From an uncultured Gammaproteobacteria bacterium (lineage in GTDB: Bacteria > Patescibacteriota > Microgenomatia > Levybacterales > UBA12049): DNA of 64,000 nt. Made by a program: the position numbers and the translations under genes. The notes under the pieces are model-generated. The model was not told the DNA's origin, ran no database searches, and saw only the letters and a program-made list of their open reading frames with translations. Where the stretch lies: the NCBI GenBank assembly GCA_964372855.1, contig CAYJRY010000001.1, forward strand, positions 18,794 to 82,793. The letters run 5' to 3'. Positions 48,512-56,937 of the stretch are shown here, in pieces (position 1 is the stretch's first letter; each line of letters opens with the position of its first letter).

Positions 48512-50164
48512 TCAATCTTTATGAATAACTCTAATTGCAACTTCTCCATCTGGATAATCGATTCTATGAATAGTTTTATATATTTCGCTAAACTCTGAAT
48601 TGCTTCCAACTAATAGAATATTGTTTTCCTTCTCTTCATAGTAATTAAACGGTCTAAATTCAAAATTTAAAAATTTATTTTGAGCATCCTGAACGCCCGA
48701 CCTAGTTCCTCCTTCTTGTAAATATTTTTCAGGATTATATTTTGAATAAAAAAGAAAAAATATATAGGACTGATCCATAGGCATCCTATTCGAAACAATT
48801 ATCTTATTGTAGTTTTCTCTGACAGACATAAGGTAACTAACTAAATCTCTATATCCATATTGCCAGTATTTTGCGTGAAAATAATTTTGCTGAACAAAAT
48901 ACTGATTGATATAATAAACAAAATTAAAAATGAAAAATGAAAAATATAATCCAAATATTAGATATTTAATCTGTATTTTTGATATTTTATTTTTGATATT
49001 TGATATTGCACTTACGGTTGTAATAATCCCAATTGCTATAAATACTTGAAAAGTGGGCAAAAAGTTTAATGTGCGTACCGCATGAGGAACATCGCTTGTC
49101 ACAGAAGCTGGAATAGGGGCTATTAAAAACCAGCTAAATATAAACGCTTTTGTCTTATTTGGGAAATTACCAAATAATAGCATATATATCCCAATCATCA
49201 AAAATGGTAGCTCCCAAATATATAAAAGTCCCATGTTTGGTGCATGATGACGTGCTATATCGCCTTTTACGAACAACCAATTTAGATCAAAATGGGAAAG
49301 ATAACCAGCAATAATGTTTTTAAAATATGTAAATCGTCTATTGTCTAAAATAAGACCAATATAATCATGATTTTCCCTATTTCGCATAAGTCTTTGTACA
49401 TTTTCCTCAAGAATTGGTGTTCTATTCGCAAGTATGCTTACATCTTGAGCTCTAGACAGTGCTTCTCTATTGGTAAACGTGTAATAAATTATCGGTAATG
49501 AAACAAAAAGACCCAGTATTCCAGCTATTATTATGTATTTTTTTGAAATTAAGAAAAGGTCTTTTCTAAATATAAGAATTAAAGCAGTAAAAAGTAAGGG
49601 GGTGAAAACTTTCTCGCTTTGATATGTATATAAATTTACGCCACCCGCTAATGCAGATAATACTAAAAACCATGGTCTTTTTAATCCCAACAGAAAAAAT
49701 AATGCCGCAAAAACATTGAAAGCAAGCCCAACATTTGATTCAAAAGCAATTCTAGAAAATTGTATATGCCAAGGAGAAACAGCTAAAATAAATGCTGAAA
49801 GTAAGGCAATATTTTTTCTCCCAAAAAGTGTTCTAACCAAAAAGAAAACACCCAAAATAGTAAGTACTCCAAATACAGCAGATGGAATTCTAACTGCAAA
49901 TTCATTTAAACCAAAGATGACTATTGATGGTGCTGATAAGTATACATATAAAGCGGGTTTGTAATCATCAAACGAACGTAAAATAATAGGTAAAAACTCT
50001 CCATATTCATCTCTTCCTGTTTTTAAAATAGAATATGCATTGTATCCAAGAGCAACTTCATCCCAATCAGGAGAAATTGGTACATTTCCTAGTTGCCAAA
50101 ATCGCAAAAAAGATCCTATAAGAATTATAAAGAATAAAATAAAAAACTGAATATGTTTCTTCAT
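48512..50164 (-). CDS. ArnT/GT83-family (PMT_2-type) undecaprenyl-phosphate-sugar dependent glycosyltransferase
   Basis: 550 aa. It has FLRFWQLGNVPISPDWDEVALGYNAYSI...YKPALYVYL...IFGLNEFAVRIPSAVFGVLTILGVFFLVR. This matches the ArnT pattern (WDEARYAEIA...KPPL.YWL...FGxNEFAARLPSAL). Confidence 0.6.
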   Translation of the reverse strand: MKKHIQFFILFFIILIGSFLRFWQLGNVPISPDWDEVALGYNAYSILKTGRDEYGEFLPIILRSFDDYKPALYVYLSAPSIVIFGLNEFAVRIPSAVFGVLTILGVFFLVRTLFGRKNIALLSAFILAVSPWHIQFSRIAFESNVGLAFNVFAALFFLLGLKRPWFLVLSALAGGVNLYTYQSEKVFTPLLFTALILIFRKDLFLISKKYIIIAGILGLFVSLPIIYYTFTNREALSRAQDVSILANRTPILEENVQRLMRNRENHDYIGLILDNRRFTYFKNIIAGYLSHFDLNWLFVKGDIARHHAPNMGLLYIWELPFLMIGIYMLLFGNFPNKTKAFIFSWFLIAPIPASVTSDVPHAVRTLNFLPTFQVFIAIGIITTVSAISNIKNKISKIQIKYLIFGLYFSFFIFNFVYYINQYFVQQNYFHAKYWQYGYRDLVSYLMSVRENYNKIIVSNRMPMDQSYIFFLFYSKYNPEKYLQEGGTRSGVQDAQNKFLNFEFRPFNYYEEKENNILLVGSNSEFSEIYKTIHRIDYPDGEVAIRVIHKD

Positions 50165-50181
50165 ATGAAGTTTAAACTTGT

Positions 50182-51768
50182 TTATAACCTGTAAGCAACA
50201 AGAATTTCATTTTTATTTAATAGGTAAAATCTTTTTAAAATATCTCCTTTCGGATGAACTTTGCCAGGAGAATCTAAATACAATACCTTTCTTGATCTTG
50301 ATTTTATAGAACTTAGATTATTTGCGAAGCGATATTTTAGGAAACCCGATACCGTAACAAATCCGAATGAATCTCTCTCATAAATCTTACTTTCTCTTAA
50401 GATCTTCGGATCTGCTTTTGTATAAAATGCGTAGTATATATAAGGCCTACCCATATCCGAAGTTATATGAATTTGGTCATAATGATCTTCAACACTTTTA
50501 ACGTATTTTATCGATTCTTTGTAGCCAAATTGCCATTCTCCGGAATACTCATACGGATAATGAATGTAATAACCATGAAGATAATATAAAATATTAAATA
50601 TAAAAAATAAAAAACACAAAGAAAATATTAAATATTTAATTTGTATTTTTAATATTTGATGTTTTATGTTTGATATTGCATTTATAAAAACAATAACTCC
50701 ATATGCAGTGAATATCTGAAAGGTAGGTAAAGTTGCCTCTATTCTTAAAGCATGCGGAGTTTCTCTCGCGGTAGCAGCTGGAATTATACCTGCTAACAAC
50801 CAGACAGGAACTATCCACCAATTTCCCTCACGCTTCCTAAAAAGAAATAAGATACCAGCAACGAAAAAAGGCAATTCAATAATATACAACTGACCAACAT
50901 CTTGAGTAGAAAACTTAGGATTCCCATCCCCCCTTATAAATAGGAAACTTGGATTCAAATTGTCAAAATAATGCTTGATATACTCAACCGCATAAGCAAT
51001 ACGTCTGTTATGTATAATTGGCCATTTGGCATTTTTATCATTCTCTATCTCCTGATTAACTCTTTGTATAACGGCAACATTTGAAAAAATATTTACTTCT
51101 CGGAAACGTAACCGCGCTTGAGGACTTAATAAAAATCCAATTGTTGGAACTAACATCAACAATCCGATTAATGCCGAGATCAATGCTTGTTTTTTTCTCT
51201 CAAAAAGTAATTTTCGAAAGCTAAAAATTAAAACTAAAACTAAAATTGGTGAAACTATTCTTGCTGTATTAAAGGTATACATTGACAAGACAAAGCTTAT
51301 ACTTGATAAAATCAATAACCATCTTCTATTTGCTATCCCTTCCAAAAATAACCAAATGCCCAAAACTATAAAAAAAGTTGCTACGTTTGCCTCAAATGCG
51401 GCTCGAGACAGCATAATATGCCATGGAGAAATCGCAAGCAATAGAGATGCAAAAGACGCATATTTTTCTTTTAGATCAGAATTCCAAAAAATTCTTTTAG
51501 TTAAAAAATAGGTAATTAATACTGTTAAAACGCCAAAAAATGCTGAAGGAAATCTAACTGCAAATTCATTGAGCCCAAATAGCTTGATCGGTAATATATC
51601 CAAGTATGCATAGACAGGGGGTTTAAAATCCCCAAAAGACTCAAGGTAGTTAAGCGGTAAAAATCTTCCGAATTCATCCTTACCATCAATACCCAAAGAG
51701 TAAGAATTGTATCCCCATGCCACTTCATCCCATGTTAGAGAAGGTGGATTATTACCAAGTCTGTACAA
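50182..51768 (-). CDS. ArnT/GT83-family glycosyltransferase (paralog); the N-terminal TM helix is encoded upstream of the annotated ATG with no canonical start
   Basis: It has TWDEVAWGYNSYSL...FKPPVYAYL...LFGLNEFAVRFPSAFFGVLTVL. The reading frame stays open upstream (…[29 protein letters not shown]…) back to an ATT at 51832-51834, which is preceded by an AAGGGAG Shine-Dalgarno. Confidence 0.55.
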   Translation of the reverse strand: MYRLGNNPPSLTWDEVAWGYNSYSLGIDGKDEFGRFLPLNYLESFGDFKPPVYAYLDILPIKLFGLNEFAVRFPSAFFGVLTVLITYFLTKRIFWNSDLKEKYASFASLLLAISPWHIMLSRAAFEANVATFFIVLGIWLFLEGIANRRWLLILSSISFVLSMYTFNTARIVSPILVLVLIFSFRKLLFERKKQALISALIGLLMLVPTIGFLLSPQARLRFREVNIFSNVAVIQRVNQEIENDKNAKWPIIHNRRIAYAVEYIKHYFDNLNPSFLFIRGDGNPKFSTQDVGQLYIIELPFFVAGILFLFRKREGNWWIVPVWLLAGIIPAATARETPHALRIEATLPTFQIFTAYGVIVFINAISNIKHQILKIQIKYLIFSLCFLFFIFNILYYLHGYYIHYPYEYSGEWQFGYKESIKYVKSVEDHYDQIHITSDMGRPYIYYAFYTKADPKILRESKIYERDSFGFVTVSGFLKYRFANNLSSIKSRSRKVLYLDSPGKVHPKGDILKRFYLLNKNEILVAYRL

Positions 51769-51829
51769 TCGAAAAAATGTAGCTAAAAAAACTATTACTG
51801 CTAAAATTAAAATAATATGTTTGTTAAGT

Positions 51830-52507
51830 TTAATATTTTTCTCCCTTTCTTTTTAATAGGAATGAAACAGCCATTGTAAAATTAAATATTTTCTTATGAA
51901 CTATAGAAAAACCGTTTGTACGAATTACTTTTTCTAGATTCTCAGTATTAAATGTATGGATATGAGAATCTCTCCATACTCCGTGTCTCATATTAGTCCA
52001 CCAATGCCAAATTGTCTTAAATAGAAAATTTCCACTATCCATTTCTACAACTGCTATACCATTTGGGTTAAGCACTCTTCCTATTTCTTGTAGAACTTTT
52101 TCTGGAAATTCAACATGTTCTAAAACCTCTGTACAAATAACTAAATCAAATGACTTATCAGCAAAAGGTAGGTTGTGGCCATCGGAATGGATCAATTTTA
52201 GAGATTTATAACGCTTCTTGCCATAATCTATAGCTTTTTTGTAAATATCAACACCTATACATTTAGATTTTGGGTATTGCAACTTAACTTTGGAAAGAAA
52301 CCAACCGCTCGCACATCCAACGTCAAGAATATTTTTAGGATAAATATGAGTTCCCTCGATAAGGCTTAAAACAGTTTTCAATTTTTTAGTGTGCCAAATT
52401 CTCTGAAGTAGATTCTTTGATATCCCGTTTTGATAGTAGTCGGGTGGCACTTGGTGCCAAATTTCCTCTAACTCTTTCTTTGAATTGGTTCCTAACTTAC
52501 TATTCAT
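51830..52507 (-). CDS. Class I SAM-dependent methyltransferase (paralog group A, third copy)
   Basis: 225 aa. It has [11 protein letters not shown] and [49 protein letters not shown]. Confidence 0.65.
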   Translation of the reverse strand: MNSKLGTNSKKELEEIWHQVPPDYYQNGISKNLLQRIWHTKKLKTVLSLIEGTHIYPKNILDVGCASGWFLSKVKLQYPKSKCIGVDIYKKAIDYGKKRYKSLKLIHSDGHNLPFADKSFDLVICTEVLEHVEFPEKVLQEIGRVLNPNGIAVVEMDSGNFLFKTIWHWWTNMRHGVWRDSHIHTFNTENLEKVIRTNGFSIVHKKIFNFTMAVSFLLKRKGEKY

Positions 52508-52565
52508 ATTTTATTTTCCAAATACCCTGTTGTAAAAATTACGCTACCTATCGAAAATGATTGGC

Positions 52566-52844
52566 TTATTCTACTCTGTCTTTTCTGCCAAACTTTTTGC
52601 ACATCAACGGAACAGATAAGTATATTGGCAAGGGTAGAAACGGCCATCCTTGCATATTCATCCAGGTAAGAAATGGAAATGACTCACTAAAAACATTTTT
52701 ACCAGTTTGAGAAATAGAATAGGCATTATAGATATATCCCATTTCATCATGAGTCACACCGTAAGGAACATCACCAAGCTGCCAAAAGCGGAGAACTATT
52801 GCTAAAAGAAGAATCAGAAAAAGCACTAAATGTCTTTTAAGCAT
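52566..52844 (-). pseudogene. N-terminal fragment of an ArnT/GT83-family glycosyltransferase (truncated after about 90 aa)
   Basis: MLKRHLVLFLILLLAIVLRFWQLGDVPYGVTHDEMGYIYNAYSISQTGKNVFSESFPFL aligns with the N-termini of 48512-50164 and 50182-51768, then stops. No continuation is present. Confidence 0.5.
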
Positions 52845-52891
52845 AAGCAGAAAAAAGCTTCTAATATAATATCATAAGTAACTACATGAGG

Positions 52892-54385
52892 CTACCGAAA
52901 GTGAATCCCTAACTCTATAGATTTTTCATGCTCTATGGCTTGTTCCGCATCAGTTAAAATAAATTTTTCTATTATAAATCCATTTGGGAATTTTTTAGTT
53001 TCACTAGGTTCTTTTAGAATCTTTACCTGAACTTTACGCCACCAGTCATGAGTCATATAAGGATCATCTGCTGGAGGAGGAGCTGCAATTATGTATGTAG
53101 TAGGTTTTTTTGAATATTCAAAAGCTTTTGCTTTTGCTTTATTAAAATTATAGATCATTGCGTATCTTGGTTGATAAGCCAGAGCATCAGGCGCAAAAAC
53201 AAAATAACCAAACTCTCCTCCTTTCTGCCAGTCTACAACAGTATTTGCTACCTCGCTAAGAGCAAGCCACGAATTATAATGTTTACCAATACTTCTTTCA
53301 TCATAATGCATAGTAGAAATAAAATCCGAATAAAAAATTAAAAAGATAAATGGAATAAATAAGAATCTATACTTACTTTTAAGAAATGAGGTAAGCCATA
53401 AGGCAGTTAACGGTATAATCAAATAGACATAATGAAATAGTAAAACTCCTTTGTTAAAAAAGCTAAGGCACATATATCCAAAATAATAGAAGGGGAATAA
53501 AAAATATAATTTTCTTTGCCTGATATTTTTCAATTGCAGGATAGTGGCTATAATAACCACCGCAAAAACAATATAAACAAATAAATCATTTACTTTGTTA
53601 TTAAAAAGCTGTAAAGAAACCGTATTATTAATTCTGTTCTCCACCCACGATCTTATCGTTATAAAAAAATGCAACGATTCTCCAGTTGAAAGTATTGCTT
53701 TTGACATTCTCAAATCATTGCGAAGATCAAAGATAATTAAATTCGAAAGAAACAGGGGAACTAAAATAAAAGCAATTAAATGTCTCCAAAGATTATTTCT
53801 ATAGATTATCCAGATAATTAATAAAGAGGAGAGTATTAAAAATTGAAGTCCTATGCCGATCTCCAGTTGAATAATTAATGCCAGAATTATCAAATGTAAA
53901 GTTAGATATAGCGCTTTTTTGTTTTCTACATATTTATATATAGTAAATAAGAAAACAGGGACAAAAAAGAAAGTTGCTTCCGAATGAAACACTCCGTTCA
54001 GATAGGGAACCATTTTTGTAGAAACGAATAATACATAAACAAATGCAGGGAACATTCTAAGCATTTTCCAAACCATCCAAAAACTACTAATTAAAAAAAC
54101 TGCCGCAAGCATAATCCAAAACCACGCAATTATTACCGGATCCCCATGCCCAATAAGATATGCCGGGTAATTCATATATGTCCAGAGAGGGCCGTGGAAA
54201 AGCCCATTGGTGCTGGATCTGGGGCCAATAAGGACTATCTTCTTTTCATCCAATTCCGAAAGCAAAAGAAAATCTCTAGCAACGTCATTAAAAAAATTTA
54301 CCTCACCATGACGGACGGGATAAGAAGACATATACAAATTAAACAACGTTAGAAGAAACAATGGTAGATAAAATAACTTCCCCAT
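52892..54385 (-). CDS. GT-C-like polytopic membrane protein, D-x-x-R-D family member
   Basis: 497 aa. It has FFNDVARDFLLLSELDEKKIVLIGPRSSTNGLFHGPLWTY and a C-terminal soluble domain with a degenerate Y..KAK...Y...YIIAAPP motif. Confidence 0.4.
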   Translation of the reverse strand: MGKLFYLPLFLLTLFNLYMSSYPVRHGEVNFFNDVARDFLLLSELDEKKIVLIGPRSSTNGLFHGPLWTYMNYPAYLIGHGDPVIIAWFWIMLAAVFLISSFWMVWKMLRMFPAFVYVLFVSTKMVPYLNGVFHSEATFFFVPVFLFTIYKYVENKKALYLTLHLIILALIIQLEIGIGLQFLILSSLLIIWIIYRNNLWRHLIAFILVPLFLSNLIIFDLRNDLRMSKAILSTGESLHFFITIRSWVENRINNTVSLQLFNNKVNDLFVYIVFAVVIIATILQLKNIRQRKLYFLFPFYYFGYMCLSFFNKGVLLFHYVYLIIPLTALWLTSFLKSKYRFLFIPFIFLIFYSDFISTMHYDERSIGKHYNSWLALSEVANTVVDWQKGGEFGYFVFAPDALAYQPRYAMIYNFNKAKAKAFEYSKKPTTYIIAAPPPADDPYMTHDWWRKVQVKILKEPSETKKFPNGFIIEKFILTDAEQAIEHEKSIELGIHFR

Positions 54386-54406
54386 TTTGCAAAGAGAATA
54401 TTTATC

Positions 54407-56923
54407 ATGATACCATATTTCAAAATATATTCTGAGTTAGTTAGAATGAAAAAGTTGTTTAAATCTTTAGATTTTATAGTAATTATTTTCATCTCAATTG
54501 GACTCCTTTATATCTATAGCGATGTTTTACTAAACGGCAAGATTATTTTCCCGTCAAACTTTCTTGCACAATTTTATTCTCCCTGGAGAACAGAAAAATT
54601 CCCAAGCTGGGAAGCAGGAATTCCTCATAAGCCAATCGGGGACGACCAGATTAGACTATTTTATCCCGAACGCACATTTACCAACCTGTTGTTATCTAAA
54701 AATATTCTTCCGCTTTGGAATCCGCATACCTTTTCAGGAACACCATTTCTGGCCGACCTTCAATCTGCAATTTTTTATCCTCCAAATATTCTTTACTTCT
54801 TCTTGCCGCAATTGACAGCATGGCAAATTCTTCTACTCATCCAACCTATCATGGCAACAGCTTTTATGTATATATTTTTAAAAATTTTGGATCTTAAAAA
54901 ACCCGCTGCTTGGCTTGGAGCTATAGCTTTTGGATTCTGTGGTTTTATTTTGGCGTGGAGCCAGGAACATGTAACATCCGGACAAGCTATCTTGTGGCTA
55001 CCGCTAGTAATGTTCGGAATTGAGGGCTATCTTAGACATAGAAAATTAAAATACTACCTAATAGCTATTATTGCGCTGGCGTGTTCTATAGTTGGCGGTT
55101 TTATTCAACAGACTTTTTACGTTTATCTTTTTTCTTTTATATATGTCCTATATAGAATAAATACTTTGCGCCTTAATTTAAGCTACTTATTGAAAGTTAT
55201 GTTTATTTATATTTTCTCTGTATCTCTAACTGCAATACAATTATTTCCATCAATAGAAGCTTTTTTAGAATCCCCCAGAAGCACGTCATCAGCTTGGTAT
55301 TTATTCGAAGGATATCTTCTACCTGTTACTCATATACTCAATGCGTTAGTGCCGGATATTTTTGGAAATCCGGGGACATATAATTTTTTTGGGAGGGGTT
55401 TTTATAGAGAAACTATACTATATATTGGAGTTATTCCTCTATTCCTCGCTACTTATGCTATTTTTAAATCTAAAAAAAATACCATAATTATGTTTTTTAT
55501 TTTTGGCGCAATTTTATCCTTTTTCCTCACAATAGATTCACCTTTCACAAGATGGTTTTTCCGGCTCCCCATCCAATTTCTGAGACCGTTTTTGCCAAGC
55601 CGGATACTTACAATCACCGCTTTTTCTCTTAGCGTACTTTCCGCTTTTGGTTTATCCAAATTAATTAAAGAAAGGAAGAATGACAAGAAAATTCCGTTAT
55701 CTATTATTTTAATATTTTATTTTGCCTTTTTTCTAATAGGAATTTACGCAATTTTATTATTAAAGTTTGGCGATGAATCTTTTTTCAGAGGATTAAATGA
55801 TTACATAATTAGACATAGTTTTTCGCCTACTAGAGACAATGTATTTGTTCTTTTGAAAAATTTAATACTGCCGTTTGCATTTTTTTCCATCTTCGTTCTT
55901 CTTCTAATCTTCAAAAATAAGACTAAATTATTTTTATACGGAGTTGTTTTTCTAACACTATTGAGTCAATTTTATTTTTTGAAAAAATATTCTGTTATTG
56001 GCGAGGCTGAATTTCTTTATCCGAAAAATCCGGTTACTTCTTTTCTCCAATCGAGAAGTTCTTTTGATAGATTTCTGACCTTTCGTGAGTCATTTGAAGA
56101 AAACATATCAACATACTTTGGCATATATTCAGCAGAAGGAGCAAACCCTGTTTTTCCAAGAAGATATGGAGAACTACTTTTTGCTATAAAAAACAATGGG
56201 AAACTGATTAAAGATATCCCTCGTATCGAAGCAAGACTTTCGGAGCTAGGAGATAAAGAAAATCCATTCGAAGATAATAGAAGGCTTCGTTTATTTTCAC
56301 TTCTTGGGATAAAATATATACTCTATTTTGATGATCAAAATCCAAAAAATAGTGGTGCAAATAAATTCTCTGGAAATCTTTTTAAACCTATTTGGCGTCA
56401 TGGTAATTGGTATGGGCTTGAGTATCTTAACAGTTTCCCTAGAGCTTTTTTAGCAAGTAGTATCCATATTGAAAATAATCCTCAAAAAATTTTAGATTTA
56501 ATTTTTGATCCAAAAATAGACCTTTCAACAAGTGTCATTTTGGAAGATAAGCCTCTTGGCATAAAGAGTTCTGGCAAACTTATTAACTTAGAAAAACTTT
56601 CAAAAAATTCATTAGTAAATATTAAATCTTATCAACCTCAAGAAATAATTATCGAGACAAAAACCGATACTCCCCGGATGCTTTTTATTTCGGATAATTT
56701 CTATCCGGGATGGCAAGCTTTTGTTAATGGTAAAGAAACTAAAATTTATCGTACAAACTATACTTTTAGAAGCATTTACCTTTCAGCGGGAAACCACACA
56801 ATAATATTTAAATATAACCCGCAATCATTTAGAATTGGCTCTACAATCTCAATATTTACTGGTTTCATATTAATACTAATTATTTTAATGAACGTTCGCT
56901 CTTCAGCAGCAAGAAAGAGATAG
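54407..56923 (+). CDS. Very large YfhO-like polytopic membrane protein (GT-C candidate); the only plus-strand gene in the 3-prime 35 kb
   Basis: 838 aa (the start is probably the internal MKKLFKSL). It has IGDDQIRLFYPER...LPLWNPHTFSGTPFLADLQSAIFYPPNILYF and about 14 TM helices across the protein. A C-terminal extracytoplasmic domain ends in a TM anchor. Its size and topology match the YfhO family. Confidence 0.45.
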   Translation: MIPYFKIYSELVRMKKLFKSLDFIVIIFISIGLLYIYSDVLLNGKIIFPSNFLAQFYSPWRTEKFPSWEAGIPHKPIGDDQIRLFYPERTFTNLLLSKNILPLWNPHTFSGTPFLADLQSAIFYPPNILYFFLPQLTAWQILLLIQPIMATAFMYIFLKILDLKKPAAWLGAIAFGFCGFILAWSQEHVTSGQAILWLPLVMFGIEGYLRHRKLKYYLIAIIALACSIVGGFIQQTFYVYLFSFIYVLYRINTLRLNLSYLLKVMFIYIFSVSLTAIQLFPSIEAFLESPRSTSSAWYLFEGYLLPVTHILNALVPDIFGNPGTYNFFGRGFYRETILYIGVIPLFLATYAIFKSKKNTIIMFFIFGAILSFFLTIDSPFTRWFFRLPIQFLRPFLPSRILTITAFSLSVLSAFGLSKLIKERKNDKKIPLSIILIFYFAFFLIGIYAILLLKFGDESFFRGLNDYIIRHSFSPTRDNVFVLLKNLILPFAFFSIFVLLLIFKNKTKLFLYGVVFLTLLSQFYFLKKYSVIGEAEFLYPKNPVTSFLQSRSSFDRFLTFRESFEENISTYFGIYSAEGANPVFPRRYGELLFAIKNNGKLIKDIPRIEARLSELGDKENPFEDNRRLRLFSLLGIKYILYFDDQNPKNSGANKFSGNLFKPIWRHGNWYGLEYLNSFPRAFLASSIHIENNPQKILDLIFDPKIDLSTSVILEDKPLGIKSSGKLINLEKLSKNSLVNIKSYQPQEIIIETKTDTPRMLFISDNFYPGWQAFVNGKETKIYRTNYTFRSIYLSAGNHTIIFKYNPQSFRIGSTISIFTGFILILIILMNVRSSAARKR

Positions 56924-56937
56924 GGAGTTTGAGATAA

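Noticed and set aside
48890-49010. AT-rich short tandem motifs (tttttgatatt units) that look like a simple-sequence repeat or mobile-element end
   Set aside because: They lie inside the coding sequence of a GT83 paralog and recur in its sister gene at the same position. They reflect paralogy and codon bias, not a mobile element.
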